Shown: positions 34,960-42,585 of the stretch, in pieces | How positions within the stretch are numbered: the stretch's first letter is position 1 | How the letters are laid out: the number at the start of each line of letters is the position of its first letter | Source of the DNA: Ignavibacteriales bacterium | Lineage (GTDB): Bacteria; Bacteroidota; Ignavibacteria; Ignavibacteriales; SURF-24 | Direction: 5' to 3' | Length of the DNA stretch: 64,000 nt | Assembly (NCBI GenBank): GCA_036261625.1 | Contig: DATAKL010000009.1 | Span: 1,990-65,989 of the forward strand | Position numbers and translations under genes: made by a program | Notes under the pieces: model-generated | The model's database searches: none | The model's input: only the letters and a program-made list of their open reading frames with translations | Told to the model about the DNA's origin: nothing

Positions 34960-35748
34960 TTATTTAGAATCCATGAATACCACTTCATCGGCATTAAAAT
35001 ATTCGGGATCGAAATCATCTCCCGCCCATTCTTTCATCTCTTCATAATCCTCAGAATCCTCATTGCTTAAAGTATCGAGAAGTTCCTCGTAGCCCCAGGA
35101 ACCGCCGCAATCCTCAGGCGGGCAAGCCCTTTCACCGGCAAGGCAAACCGGGTAGGTAAGGTTTTCATCCCTTGGCAGGGATTTCTCAAACTTTATTGTA
35201 TGCTCCCAGCAATCCCCAAAATCGTACGTATATAATGCTTTCGAATTCAGCCTGGAGAAATAATTCGCAACTTTGTGTTTTTTCCCCTCAATTACCCCGG
35301 GAGCCATTTCATCTGGTATACCGATACTTACCTCAAGGCCTGTTTTCGGGTTCATTATCTTAAACTCATGCAGATGGTAATTAAGCCATCCCATTGCATC
35401 CTGAATTGCATTATGCAGCTGTTCGAAATTATAAGTTTCAGGCACCTGTATACGCCGCCATATCCTCGGCTTTACATCGTGGAGAGTGATTTTGAACTGA
35501 TAAACATTTTCAAACTGCTTTTTACTGCCCTTTTTACCGGCACCCTCAGTGTTCGCGACCTGTCCGGTGTTAGCTTTCGCCGTCTTGAACAGCCCTCCCG
35601 ATTCCTTCATTGCTTTCAGGGGAATAAGTCCTATACTGTCCTCGAGTTGAAATATTTCGAGCTCATCTCCCGGCTCCAGTTTCAGCTTTTTCCGTATCTC
35701 TTCGGGGATAACAACCTGATATTCCGGTAAGATTTTTACAATTGTCAT
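34960..35748 (-). CDS. AbrB/SpoVT-like N-terminal domain fused to a pRiA4b ORF-3-like (PRiA4_ORF3) domain
   Basis: N-terminus VVIPEEIRKKLKLEPGDELEIF (swapped-hairpin AbrB/MazE pattern). C-terminus YQFKITLHDVKPRIWRRIQVP ... CPPEDCGGSWGYEELL, typical of PF07929. Confidence 0.75.
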   Translation of the reverse strand: MTIVKILPEYQVVIPEEIRKKLKLEPGDELEIFQLEDSIGLIPLKAMKESGGLFKTAKANTGQVANTEGAGKKGSKKQFENVYQFKITLHDVKPRIWRRIQVPETYNFEQLHNAIQDAMGWLNYHLHEFKIMNPKTGLEVSIGIPDEMAPGVIEGKKHKVANYFSRLNSKALYTYDFGDCWEHTIKFEKSLPRDENLTYPVCLAGERACPPEDCGGSWGYEELLDTLSNEDSEDYEEMKEWAGDDFDPEYFNADEVVFMDSK

Positions 35749-36086
35749 CTTTCTCTCCCAATTTTATAAATAATATATCGATACTTCGGCCATAATTCAA
35801 TAAAGCAGCCGGGTTGAACTATAATTTAATATATCTTTAATTTAGCAAGTATGTAAGGAACAGATATTAAAAGGAAACAGATTATACGATTTTCCAGCTT
35901 TTTTATGGATTTTTATTCTTTTTTTATGTGCGTTTCCTAAAAACAAACGCAACTTTTCAGAGGAAGCTGCAATGCCGGCATTTGCCGGCAGATTTAAGGC
36001 ACAAAGTGACAATATCTTTAATGTTAAGATATTCCAGATAAGGGAACTCAATTCTGCCTAATCTCCAAAAATATTTTTACTTTGCA

Positions 36087-36113
36087 GCAACATTTTTCTT
36101 TTGCCGGCGTCTA
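36087..36113 (+). promoter_or_regulatory. putative ECF-type promoter (AAC-N16-CGTCTA)
   Basis: GCAAC (36087-36091), a 16-nt spacer, then CGTCTA (36108-36113), ~50 nt upstream of the sigma gene. A parallel arrangement occurs at 39434-39460. Confidence 0.35.
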
Positions 36114-36163
36114 TAATATAAACAATCGGAAAGGACTTGACCAATACTCAACCTGAAGGCAGA

Positions 36164-36652
36164 ATGGAATTTAAGTTTTATTATGCAAAACATAAGTCCA
36201 AATTGTACTTTTATGTATTCAGAATGCTGAATGATAAGATGCTTACCGATGACATTGTGCAGAATGTGTTTATTAAACTTTATGAGAATATGGATAATAT
36301 TAATAACCGGGAATTTATAGCATCATGGATCTATAAAACTGCAAGAAATAAGGTTTATAGCTTTTTAAGGCATAAAAAAAGAAAAGCCGAGGAGCTGATT
36401 GACGACGAAGAGCCGCTATACTCTGAAACGCTGACGGATGAAATGGATAATGTTGAGTTGAGGGAAATGATTATGTCGGCACTTGAAACTATCCCTGAAG
36501 AGCAAAGGGAAGCTTACCTGCTGAAAGAATATTCAGGCTTCAGCTATAAAGAGATAGCATCTCTTCAGGACATTGATGAAGAATTGGTCAAAAGCCGCCT
36601 TTTCCACGCAAGAAAGAAACTGATAGCTAAAATAGCCAAGGTCATTTTATAA
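36164..36652 (+). CDS. ECF (group 4) sigma-70 factor
   Basis: Region 2 (DDIVQNVFIKLYEN..WIYKTARNKVYSFLR) and region 4 (AYLLKEYSGFSYKEIASL..VKSRLFHARKKL). ATG 36164 preferred to TTG 36137. Confidence 0.85.
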   Translation: MEFKFYYAKHKSKLYFYVFRMLNDKMLTDDIVQNVFIKLYENMDNINNREFIASWIYKTARNKVYSFLRHKKRKAEELIDDEEPLYSETLTDEMDNVELREMIMSALETIPEEQREAYLLKEYSGFSYKEIASLQDIDEELVKSRLFHARKKLIAKIAKVIL

Positions 36653-36668
36653 TAAAAGGAATGATCAT

Positions 36669-37136
36669 ATGAAATGCGAAGAAATTCAAGAATTGATAAG
36701 CCAATTTAGTGACGGCTCTCTGGAAACAGAAAAAGAGGCCTTCATATTTGCACATATGTCGGTGTGCCCCGGGTGCAGGACATTCTTAAAATCTATTAAC
36801 ACGCTTAGCTTTTCAGCTCAGAGAGAAGAATTCTATTTCCCTCCTGAACTGGACAAGAAGGTCATCAGCAAAACCGAAAAGAGGAAAGCGAAAAAGCACG
36901 TAAACATTCTTACCATGAAATATCCGGCATATGTTTCCTTTTCATTCGGAGCAGTTGTGATATTATTGCTCTTCCTGCTTTTTAAGTCAACAACAGAATA
37001 CAGGCAGGAGCTTCATGAAGCCATGGAAAACATGCAGCAGCAGAATAAGCAGATTCAGACTATACTGAACAGCTACCCTGAAATTCAGGTTCGGCCTAAA
37101 CAGGTAAATGAAATATTCGTTAACAGAAAATTGTGA
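36669..37136 (+). CDS. anti-sigma factor (zf-HC2 type, single TM)
   Basis: N-terminal H..C..C motif (HMSVCPGCRTFL) and a TM helix YVSFSFGAVVILLLFLLF. Follows the sigma gene. Confidence 0.65.
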   Translation: MKCEEIQELISQFSDGSLETEKEAFIFAHMSVCPGCRTFLKSINTLSFSAQREEFYFPPELDKKVISKTEKRKAKKHVNILTMKYPAYVSFSFGAVVILLLFLLFKSTTEYRQELHEAMENMQQQNKQIQTILNSYPEIQVRPKQVNEIFVNRKL

Positions 37137-37145
37137 GGCAGTGAA

Positions 37146-38114
37146 ATGAAATCCAGATACAGATATTTTATTGCAATCAGCATCATTGTGCTGGTATTTA
37201 TTATCGGATTGGCTGCGGGTTTCTTTATAAATAAGCGCCCTAATTTTATATCCTCCTCAATTAAACAGCATGAAGTTTACAACACTTCTGATTGGGCAAT
37301 ATCATATTACTCCATTTCGGTGCCTCAGGATTATTATGATACAAGGTTCGTAAACAAATCAGCTCAGATCAATATGGGAGACAAGAAGTTCCTTGATATA
37401 ATAGGTAAATCCATACCCGTTAAAACAGTTTTTGACAACTGCGGAGAAGGCACGCACCAATTCAATTTTATTTTCCAGATTGATAAGAATGGAAATGCGA
37501 TCGATTGCAATATCCGCAAGATCATTAATACAACCAAAGGCGGGGGTGTTAGAAATGCAGATTACTTAATTCAGGGCAAAGCACTAATTAATAATCTTGC
37601 CGCAAAATATCAGCCCGGAGTTTACAGTGGGAAAATTGTTAACAGCCTTATGATAAAAGATCTGGCGATCTATGTGGATAAGAACGGAAACTCCAGGGCA
37701 GGGTGGAACTTTTCTGAAACTTTGCCCGGAATATCCATGGCACCATACAACTATGCACTAAAAAGCCCGCGTGGCCCCCGTCAAAGAAGAGAACTTGAAG
37801 AATACAAATCTTCAGCTGATAAAATGCCCGAGTATCCCGGTGGGACACAGGCCATGGCAAAGTTTATCGAAAGGAACATCATTTACCCGGAAGCGGCAAA
37901 ACAGGCAGGCGTTGAAGGGAAAGTTATTGTGGAAGTATATATTGATGAAATCGGCAGGGTCGCTTACGCAAAAATATTAAAAGGCATTGGCGGCGGATGC
38001 GAAGCAGAAGCCGAGAGAGTATTGGGTCTCTTGAAAAACTTTCGGCCAGGAATTGAAAATGGGGTGCCGGTAAAAACCAAAATAGTTATTCCTTTCAACT
38101 TCAACATTGGATAA
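37146..38114 (+). CDS. membrane-anchored protein with C-terminal TonB_C domain
   Basis: N-terminal TM. C-terminus MPEYPGGTQAMAKFIERNIIYPEAAKQAGVEGKVIVEVYIDEIGRV is the TonB C-terminal fold pattern. No Pro-rich TonB linker seen. Confidence 0.75.
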   Translation: MKSRYRYFIAISIIVLVFIIGLAAGFFINKRPNFISSSIKQHEVYNTSDWAISYYSISVPQDYYDTRFVNKSAQINMGDKKFLDIIGKSIPVKTVFDNCGEGTHQFNFIFQIDKNGNAIDCNIRKIINTTKGGGVRNADYLIQGKALINNLAAKYQPGVYSGKIVNSLMIKDLAIYVDKNGNSRAGWNFSETLPGISMAPYNYALKSPRGPRQRRELEEYKSSADKMPEYPGGTQAMAKFIERNIIYPEAAKQAGVEGKVIVEVYIDEIGRVAYAKILKGIGGGCEAEAERVLGLLKNFRPGIENGVPVKTKIVIPFNFNIG

Positions 38115-38308
38115 ATTCAAGTTTCCCTAATTTCCTTTGCAGGAAACATGAAGCATCAGGAAACAGTTGGAGTAAGTGGCAGTCCTTTAGAGTTGCAATT
38201 ACAGTTGGACAATGAAAACTTATAATTTTATATTGCAAACTATTATACAGAAATCTATTTGAAATCTACTTAATCAGCTTTTACTTTTCGTTTTAGCAAG
38301 GAATTTGA

Positions 38309-39202
38309 ATGATGAAATTCGGTGGAAGAGTATCTGTTTTCTTTCTGAGTATTTTTGTTTTTGCATCCAATATTTTTGGAGAAAGCGACTCATTAAAAAC
38401 TAATTATTCAAAATCCCCAGCTATCGATATTACGTCTATCAGGGACGATTTTGATAAAACTCTTATTAATGAAGGCTATAAGAACTATTCTGTATTTATC
38501 TTGCCCTCGGGCACTTATTGCAAATCCATTTATCTTGCAATAAATCCCTCCTTAGAAGTTTTGGATATAAAAGTGATCGCAATCTTCAGTGAGGGCTTTG
38601 ATATGAGTCAGGAGCCCTTAAAAGCAATGAATGATTCTTTATATATAGGGAAAGTAGGATTAAGCAGCAGGAATGGTTTCCCTGTTGAACCTATCAGCAT
38701 CGTATTTGACCGAAAGAATAACAGCATATTTTATAAATGCAGCAATCCATCCGGGAAGAATGAGCCATACTACTTTAAGAGGGAGAACATAGGAAGTTAT
38801 TTTCCCTTCAAAAGAATGAATACCTGTGACGGCAAAGATATTGAGATTACAAGAGACAAAATATTCATATTCAACTGGTGGGAAACGGGCTGTGTACCAT
38901 GCAGGGTAGAAATTCCCGGTTTGAATAAACTGGTGGAGAAATATAAAGGCAATGACAGCGTTGTTTTTATTTCAGTGATTCACGACAATAACAATTTAAA
39001 GAAGTTCCTGTCCGGGAATAGATTCGACTACATTCACTGCTTTTCAGATAAAGATATTACAGATTACTTTGGCATTAGATATCCAAGAAATATCATCGTA
39101 AACCATGAAGGTAAAGTGATTTATGATGAAGTTGGGGCAATAGCCAATAAATACATTGAACTTGAAAAAGTAATCGACCAGGCTATCAGCATTAAGAAGT
39201 AG
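38309..39202 (+). CDS. secreted protein with C-terminal TlpA-like thioredoxin-fold domain
   Basis: Signal peptide. WWETGCVPCRVEIPGLNKL (CxxC) within a ~130-aa thioredoxin-like C-terminal domain. The N-terminal ~165 aa are unassigned. Confidence 0.65.
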   Translation: MMKFGGRVSVFFLSIFVFASNIFGESDSLKTNYSKSPAIDITSIRDDFDKTLINEGYKNYSVFILPSGTYCKSIYLAINPSLEVLDIKVIAIFSEGFDMSQEPLKAMNDSLYIGKVGLSSRNGFPVEPISIVFDRKNNSIFYKCSNPSGKNEPYYFKRENIGSYFPFKRMNTCDGKDIEITRDKIFIFNWWETGCVPCRVEIPGLNKLVEKYKGNDSVVFISVIHDNNNLKKFLSGNRFDYIHCFSDKDITDYFGIRYPRNIIVNHEGKVIYDEVGAIANKYIELEKVIDQAISIKK

Positions 39203-39433
39203 AAATAAAAACTGTAACTGGTATAAAATGCACATTCAATTCGCAGCGAATTCAATTATCTTGTTCCCTGAGGCAGGAGCCAAAGTAACTTAAATAATTG
39301 TAAATCTTTGCGAACAGGCCTTCTCTATAGAACATATACCTGTAGATAATATCTGGAGTGGGTCACAGTTCAGCTTCTTTTTGCCCAATCTCCAACACTA
39401 TTTTGTCTCGCAGAAAAATCTTTTATGCTTCGT

Positions 39434-39460
39434 GTAATTTTTTCATCTTTCATTCGTCTA
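39434..39460 (+). promoter_or_regulatory. putative ECF-type promoter (AAT-N16-CGTCTA)
   Basis: GTAAT (39434-39438), a 16-nt spacer, then CGTCTA (39455-39460). The upstream block 39382-39425 resembles 36055-36100. Confidence 0.3.
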
Positions 39461-39485
39461 TTTATTAACAACAAATAATTACTCT

Positions 39486-39974
39486 TTGAATAATACTTTA
39501 GTTCATATCCCATCAGAAAAATTATATAAAATGTATTCTGATGATATTTTAAGATATTCTTTTAGCATCCTAAGAGATTATGAGGAAGCTAAGGATATGG
39601 TGCAGGAAGTATTTATCCGGCATTTTGAAAACGAACAGTCATTTAAGGGAGCCTGCAGTTATAAAACGTGGCTCCTGATCATTACCCGGAATCTCTTTTA
39701 CTCTAAAATCAAAAGCAAAAGCTTTACAAATGAAAGAGTTGACGAAGAACTTAATGATTCTGTTTTTGAAGTAAACTATGAAATTAATATTTCTATAAAA
39801 GATGCGTTAATGAAAATCCCCTCTGAATATAGTGAATTGTTATATCTGAAAGAAGCAGAGGGCTATTCGTATGAGGAAATATCTCAAATTACAGAAACCT
39901 CACTGGATAACGTGGCCGTCAGATTACACAGAGCAAAGAAGATGCTAAGGAAAATATTAAAAGACCGGTATTAA
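39486..39974 (+). CDS. ECF (group 4) sigma-70 factor (second copy, distant paralog)
   Basis: Region 2 (KDMVQEVFIRHFEN..WLLIITRNLFYSKI) and region 4 (LLYLKEAEGYSYEEISQI..VAVRLHRAKKML). TTG start; the start site is uncertain. Confidence 0.8.
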   Translation: MNNTLVHIPSEKLYKMYSDDILRYSFSILRDYEEAKDMVQEVFIRHFENEQSFKGACSYKTWLLIITRNLFYSKIKSKSFTNERVDEELNDSVFEVNYEINISIKDALMKIPSEYSELLYLKEAEGYSYEEISQITETSLDNVAVRLHRAKKMLRKILKDRY

Positions 39975-39975
39975 T

Positions 39976-40704
39976 ATGAAACATTATGATTATGAAATAA
40001 GCCTTTTTGTTGAAGATGAACTGCCGGATGAGCAGATCACTTTACTGAATATGCATTTAGCCGGCTGTAAAAGCTGCAGACAGGTTTTATCGGATTATAT
40101 GGAAATAAAAAATGAAGTTTCAAAATTCTATAAAAACCTGCCTTCGGATATTCAGGAACTGAATCAAAGTGGTTTAAGCACCAATTTTAATAGAAGTATA
40201 ATAAAAGGGATCCATAAAAACAGCCTTAATACTGAAATCAAATCTTTTAGAAGGAAGAAATTCTTTATACCAGTTTCTGCGGCTGCTTCTTTCATTATTG
40301 CCGTGTTAGCTTTCTGGAATCTTTGGCATCATGATATTCAAGATACATTTAAGAGCGGCAGCACTCCTGCTTTTCAAAAAGACATAGAACAGACAACTTC
40401 CAACAAGAATACTTATTCCCCTCATCTATATGCGGCTGAAGACCAGACGACGAGGGAAAGTACCAGGGCACTAAAAGATCAGGTTGAAAGTATAAAAAGG
40501 CTGAAGACTGATTCTCTAGATAATAATTATGTCCTGACTGTTGAATGCTTTAATGAGGAAATTGATAAGGCTATAGCGGCTCACAAAGATAGACTTAAAA
40601 ATACAGGCTATTTGGTCTCCTTTTCCAGGTATTCTGAATTTGAGGATTTCAATGCAGTTATTGACAGTGCCTTATTAAAACAAAACTTACAAATCTTAAA
40701 CTAA
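39976..40704 (+). CDS. anti-sigma factor (zf-HC2 type, single TM)
   Basis: HLAGCKSCRQVL motif and TM FFIPVSAAASFIIAVLAFW. The start lies 1 nt after the sigma gene stop. Confidence 0.65.
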   Translation: MKHYDYEISLFVEDELPDEQITLLNMHLAGCKSCRQVLSDYMEIKNEVSKFYKNLPSDIQELNQSGLSTNFNRSIIKGIHKNSLNTEIKSFRRKKFFIPVSAAASFIIAVLAFWNLWHHDIQDTFKSGSTPAFQKDIEQTTSNKNTYSPHLYAAEDQTTRESTRALKDQVESIKRLKTDSLDNNYVLTVECFNEEIDKAIAAHKDRLKNTGYLVSFSRYSEFEDFNAVIDSALLKQNLQILN

Positions 40705-40722
40705 TTTCAAGGGTAACTTAAA

Positions 40723-41337
40723 ATGAAACCTGATAAGAGAACTGCTGCAGGAATATTTTTTGTGATGTTGTCCATATCATTTTTTGGTTTTGAATTAAAC
40801 CCGGACGGCAGTATTCCTAAGGGGTGGATAAAAGCGGGAACCGATAGTAAAAGTTATGAAGTGGGCATAGAAAAAGGCGCGGGAAACGACGGCAGCAATG
40901 CCGCTTATATAAAATCCATCAAGGCCGACATAAAGGGATTTGGAGTTTTACTTCAGGGCTTCTCTGCGGAAAAGTATCTCGGGAAAAGAGTAAGATTAAG
41001 CGGATATATGAAATCAAAGGATGTTGAAAATAGCGCGGGTTTTGTAATGAGAATCGAAAATGAGGAAGATAGGAGTCATCCATTGGGATTTGATAATATG
41101 AGTAACCGTCCTGTTAAAGGAAATACGGACTGGAAAATTTATCAGGTTGTACTTGATGTTCCTGAAAACAGTACCGAAATTATGCTGGGCGGACTCCTTA
41201 CAGGTAAAGGACAGGTATGGTTCAGCAATTTGAAATTCGAAGTGGTGGATAAGTCTGTACCGACTACGGATTTGGGTTCTATAATAAATGATAAAGGAGA
41301 ACCGGTGGAACCGACAAATCTCAATTTTCAGGATTAG
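40723..41337 (+). CDS. secreted beta-sandwich (CBM/jelly-roll-like) protein, function unknown
   Basis: Signal/TM anchor, then the pattern IPKGW..G....Y..G, GKRVRLSGYMKSKDVE and GNTDWKIYQVVLDVPENS. Third gene of the second ECF module. Confidence 0.55.
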   Translation: MKPDKRTAAGIFFVMLSISFFGFELNPDGSIPKGWIKAGTDSKSYEVGIEKGAGNDGSNAAYIKSIKADIKGFGVLLQGFSAEKYLGKRVRLSGYMKSKDVENSAGFVMRIENEEDRSHPLGFDNMSNRPVKGNTDWKIYQVVLDVPENSTEIMLGGLLTGKGQVWFSNLKFEVVDKSVPTTDLGSIINDKGEPVEPTNLNFQD

Positions 41338-41450
41338 TGATCACTGCTCGTCCCGATTAAAAGTCCCGGGGTGTACAACATGAAATCAGCTCATATCAGG
41401 CTTGCACCCCTAAACTTTAGAATTTATCACAAATTTGTACGCTTTAAAGC

Positions 41451-41502
41451 CCTGGATGGTCATAAAACAGGTTCTGATTAATTTCAGTTTGCAGAGCGAA
41501 TA
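41451..41502 (+). repeat. ~55-60 bp direct repeat, copy A
   Basis: GCTTTAAAGCCCTGGATGGTCATAAAACAGGTTCTGATTAATTTCAGTTTGCAGAGCGAATA aligns with 49681-49742 at roughly 80 percent by eye. Core: GTCATAAAACAGGTT..TTTCAGTTTGC.GAGCGAATA. Confidence 0.7.
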
Positions 41503-41503
41503 A

Positions 41504-41530
41504 AACCCTGAGATTTTCTCAGGGTTTTTT
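41504..41530 (+). terminator. canonical intrinsic terminator directly after repeat copy A
   Basis: AACCCTGAG-atttt-CTCAGGGTT followed by TTTTCTTTTT. Confidence 0.75.
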
Positions 41531-41586
41531 CTTTTTAAATGTGAGATATATCAAGACGTTCTGGATCTGAAGCATTATATTCCGGT

Positions 41587-41844
41587 ATGCCATATTACCT
41601 ATACATGCTGAAATCCCAGTCTGCAGATAAGTTCTATGTCGGCTCTTCGGAACATCCCCAAACCAGACTCACTTACCATAATACTTTTGAAAATGGGTTT
41701 ACTTCAAGATACCGGCAATGGGAAATTGTCTTTATGAGAGAATACTACGGAAAATCTGAAGCACAGAGTGCTGAAAGAAAGGTCAAATCTTGGAAGAGTT
41801 CAATTATGATAAGGCACCTGATAAATAATGAGCTTCAGTTGTAA
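41587..41844 (+). CDS. GIY-YIG nuclease family protein (small, UPF0213-like)
   Basis: YYLYMLKSQSADKFYVGSSEHPQTRLTYHN (GIY...YIG-type motif with downstream R and H/N). 85 aa. Confidence 0.8.
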   Translation: MPYYLYMLKSQSADKFYVGSSEHPQTRLTYHNTFENGFTSRYRQWEIVFMREYYGKSEAQSAERKVKSWKSSIMIRHLINNELQL

Positions 41845-41963
41845 ATTATAAAGTCCGGCAGAGCCTCCTGCTGTTGCCCTGAAAGCTTTCTGAGTGCAGA
41901 TCCCCTATTGATATTATGGCCTCAAGAGCCGTTTTCTCACCATTGCCTCAGATGGCACCGGCT

Positions 41964-42572
41964 TTAAGCCCATCCTGTAGCAATATCGACCGTGTTTACG
42001 GTATAGACAAACATTCCTGCAACGCTATTACCGCAGTGTGCCACCGTATTGGCCTCAATGAAGCCCGGCCTCGTCTCATCCCACTGGTTTGTCTTAATGG
42101 GAACGTGATTCTTCAAGAGCTTGCCGGGCTTTGTTGTGCTAAGCCCCAGCCTCGTCATCTTCTTTCTTTCTCTAAGAAGAATGTGGTCAATTATTGCTGG
42201 TGAAATCTCTAGAATCCTCCTTCTATTTATTTCATTCAGCTTTAGACAGAAGACCCTTTCATAGAATGGCAGCCAGTTAGGGATTACGGCCCTAAGCCTT
42301 TTTGAGCATATCATATTGGTACTCTTTAAGAGTAGTTTCAGAAAGTGAATTATCACAGGATCATTGTATCGCTTGGGCCTTCCCGGCCTTTTCTTTTTCT
42401 TATTATTCCTTACCTCTTTGTCTTTTCCATTGAGGAGTCTTATTGCATATTTTCTGTTATAGCCACAGGTCTCCGAGAATTCATCCAGGATTTTCTGCTT
42501 TTCCAGCTTGTCGGCCCTTTTATATCTTGGCTTTATTTTCCTTAAATATTCTTCCTTTGCCTTCTGACTCAT
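41964..42572 (-). pseudogene. truncated rve-type DDE transposase (ISNCY/IS481-like), N-terminal ~200 aa only
   Basis: HTH N-terminus EEYLRKIKPRYKRADKLEKQKILDEFSETCGYNRKYAIRLL and the start of the catalytic core (FIEANTVAHCG..VYTVNTVDIATGW), then a stop. The remaining ~250 aa expected for such transposases are absent. Confidence 0.7.
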
Positions 42573-42585
42573 AAATATTCAGTCC

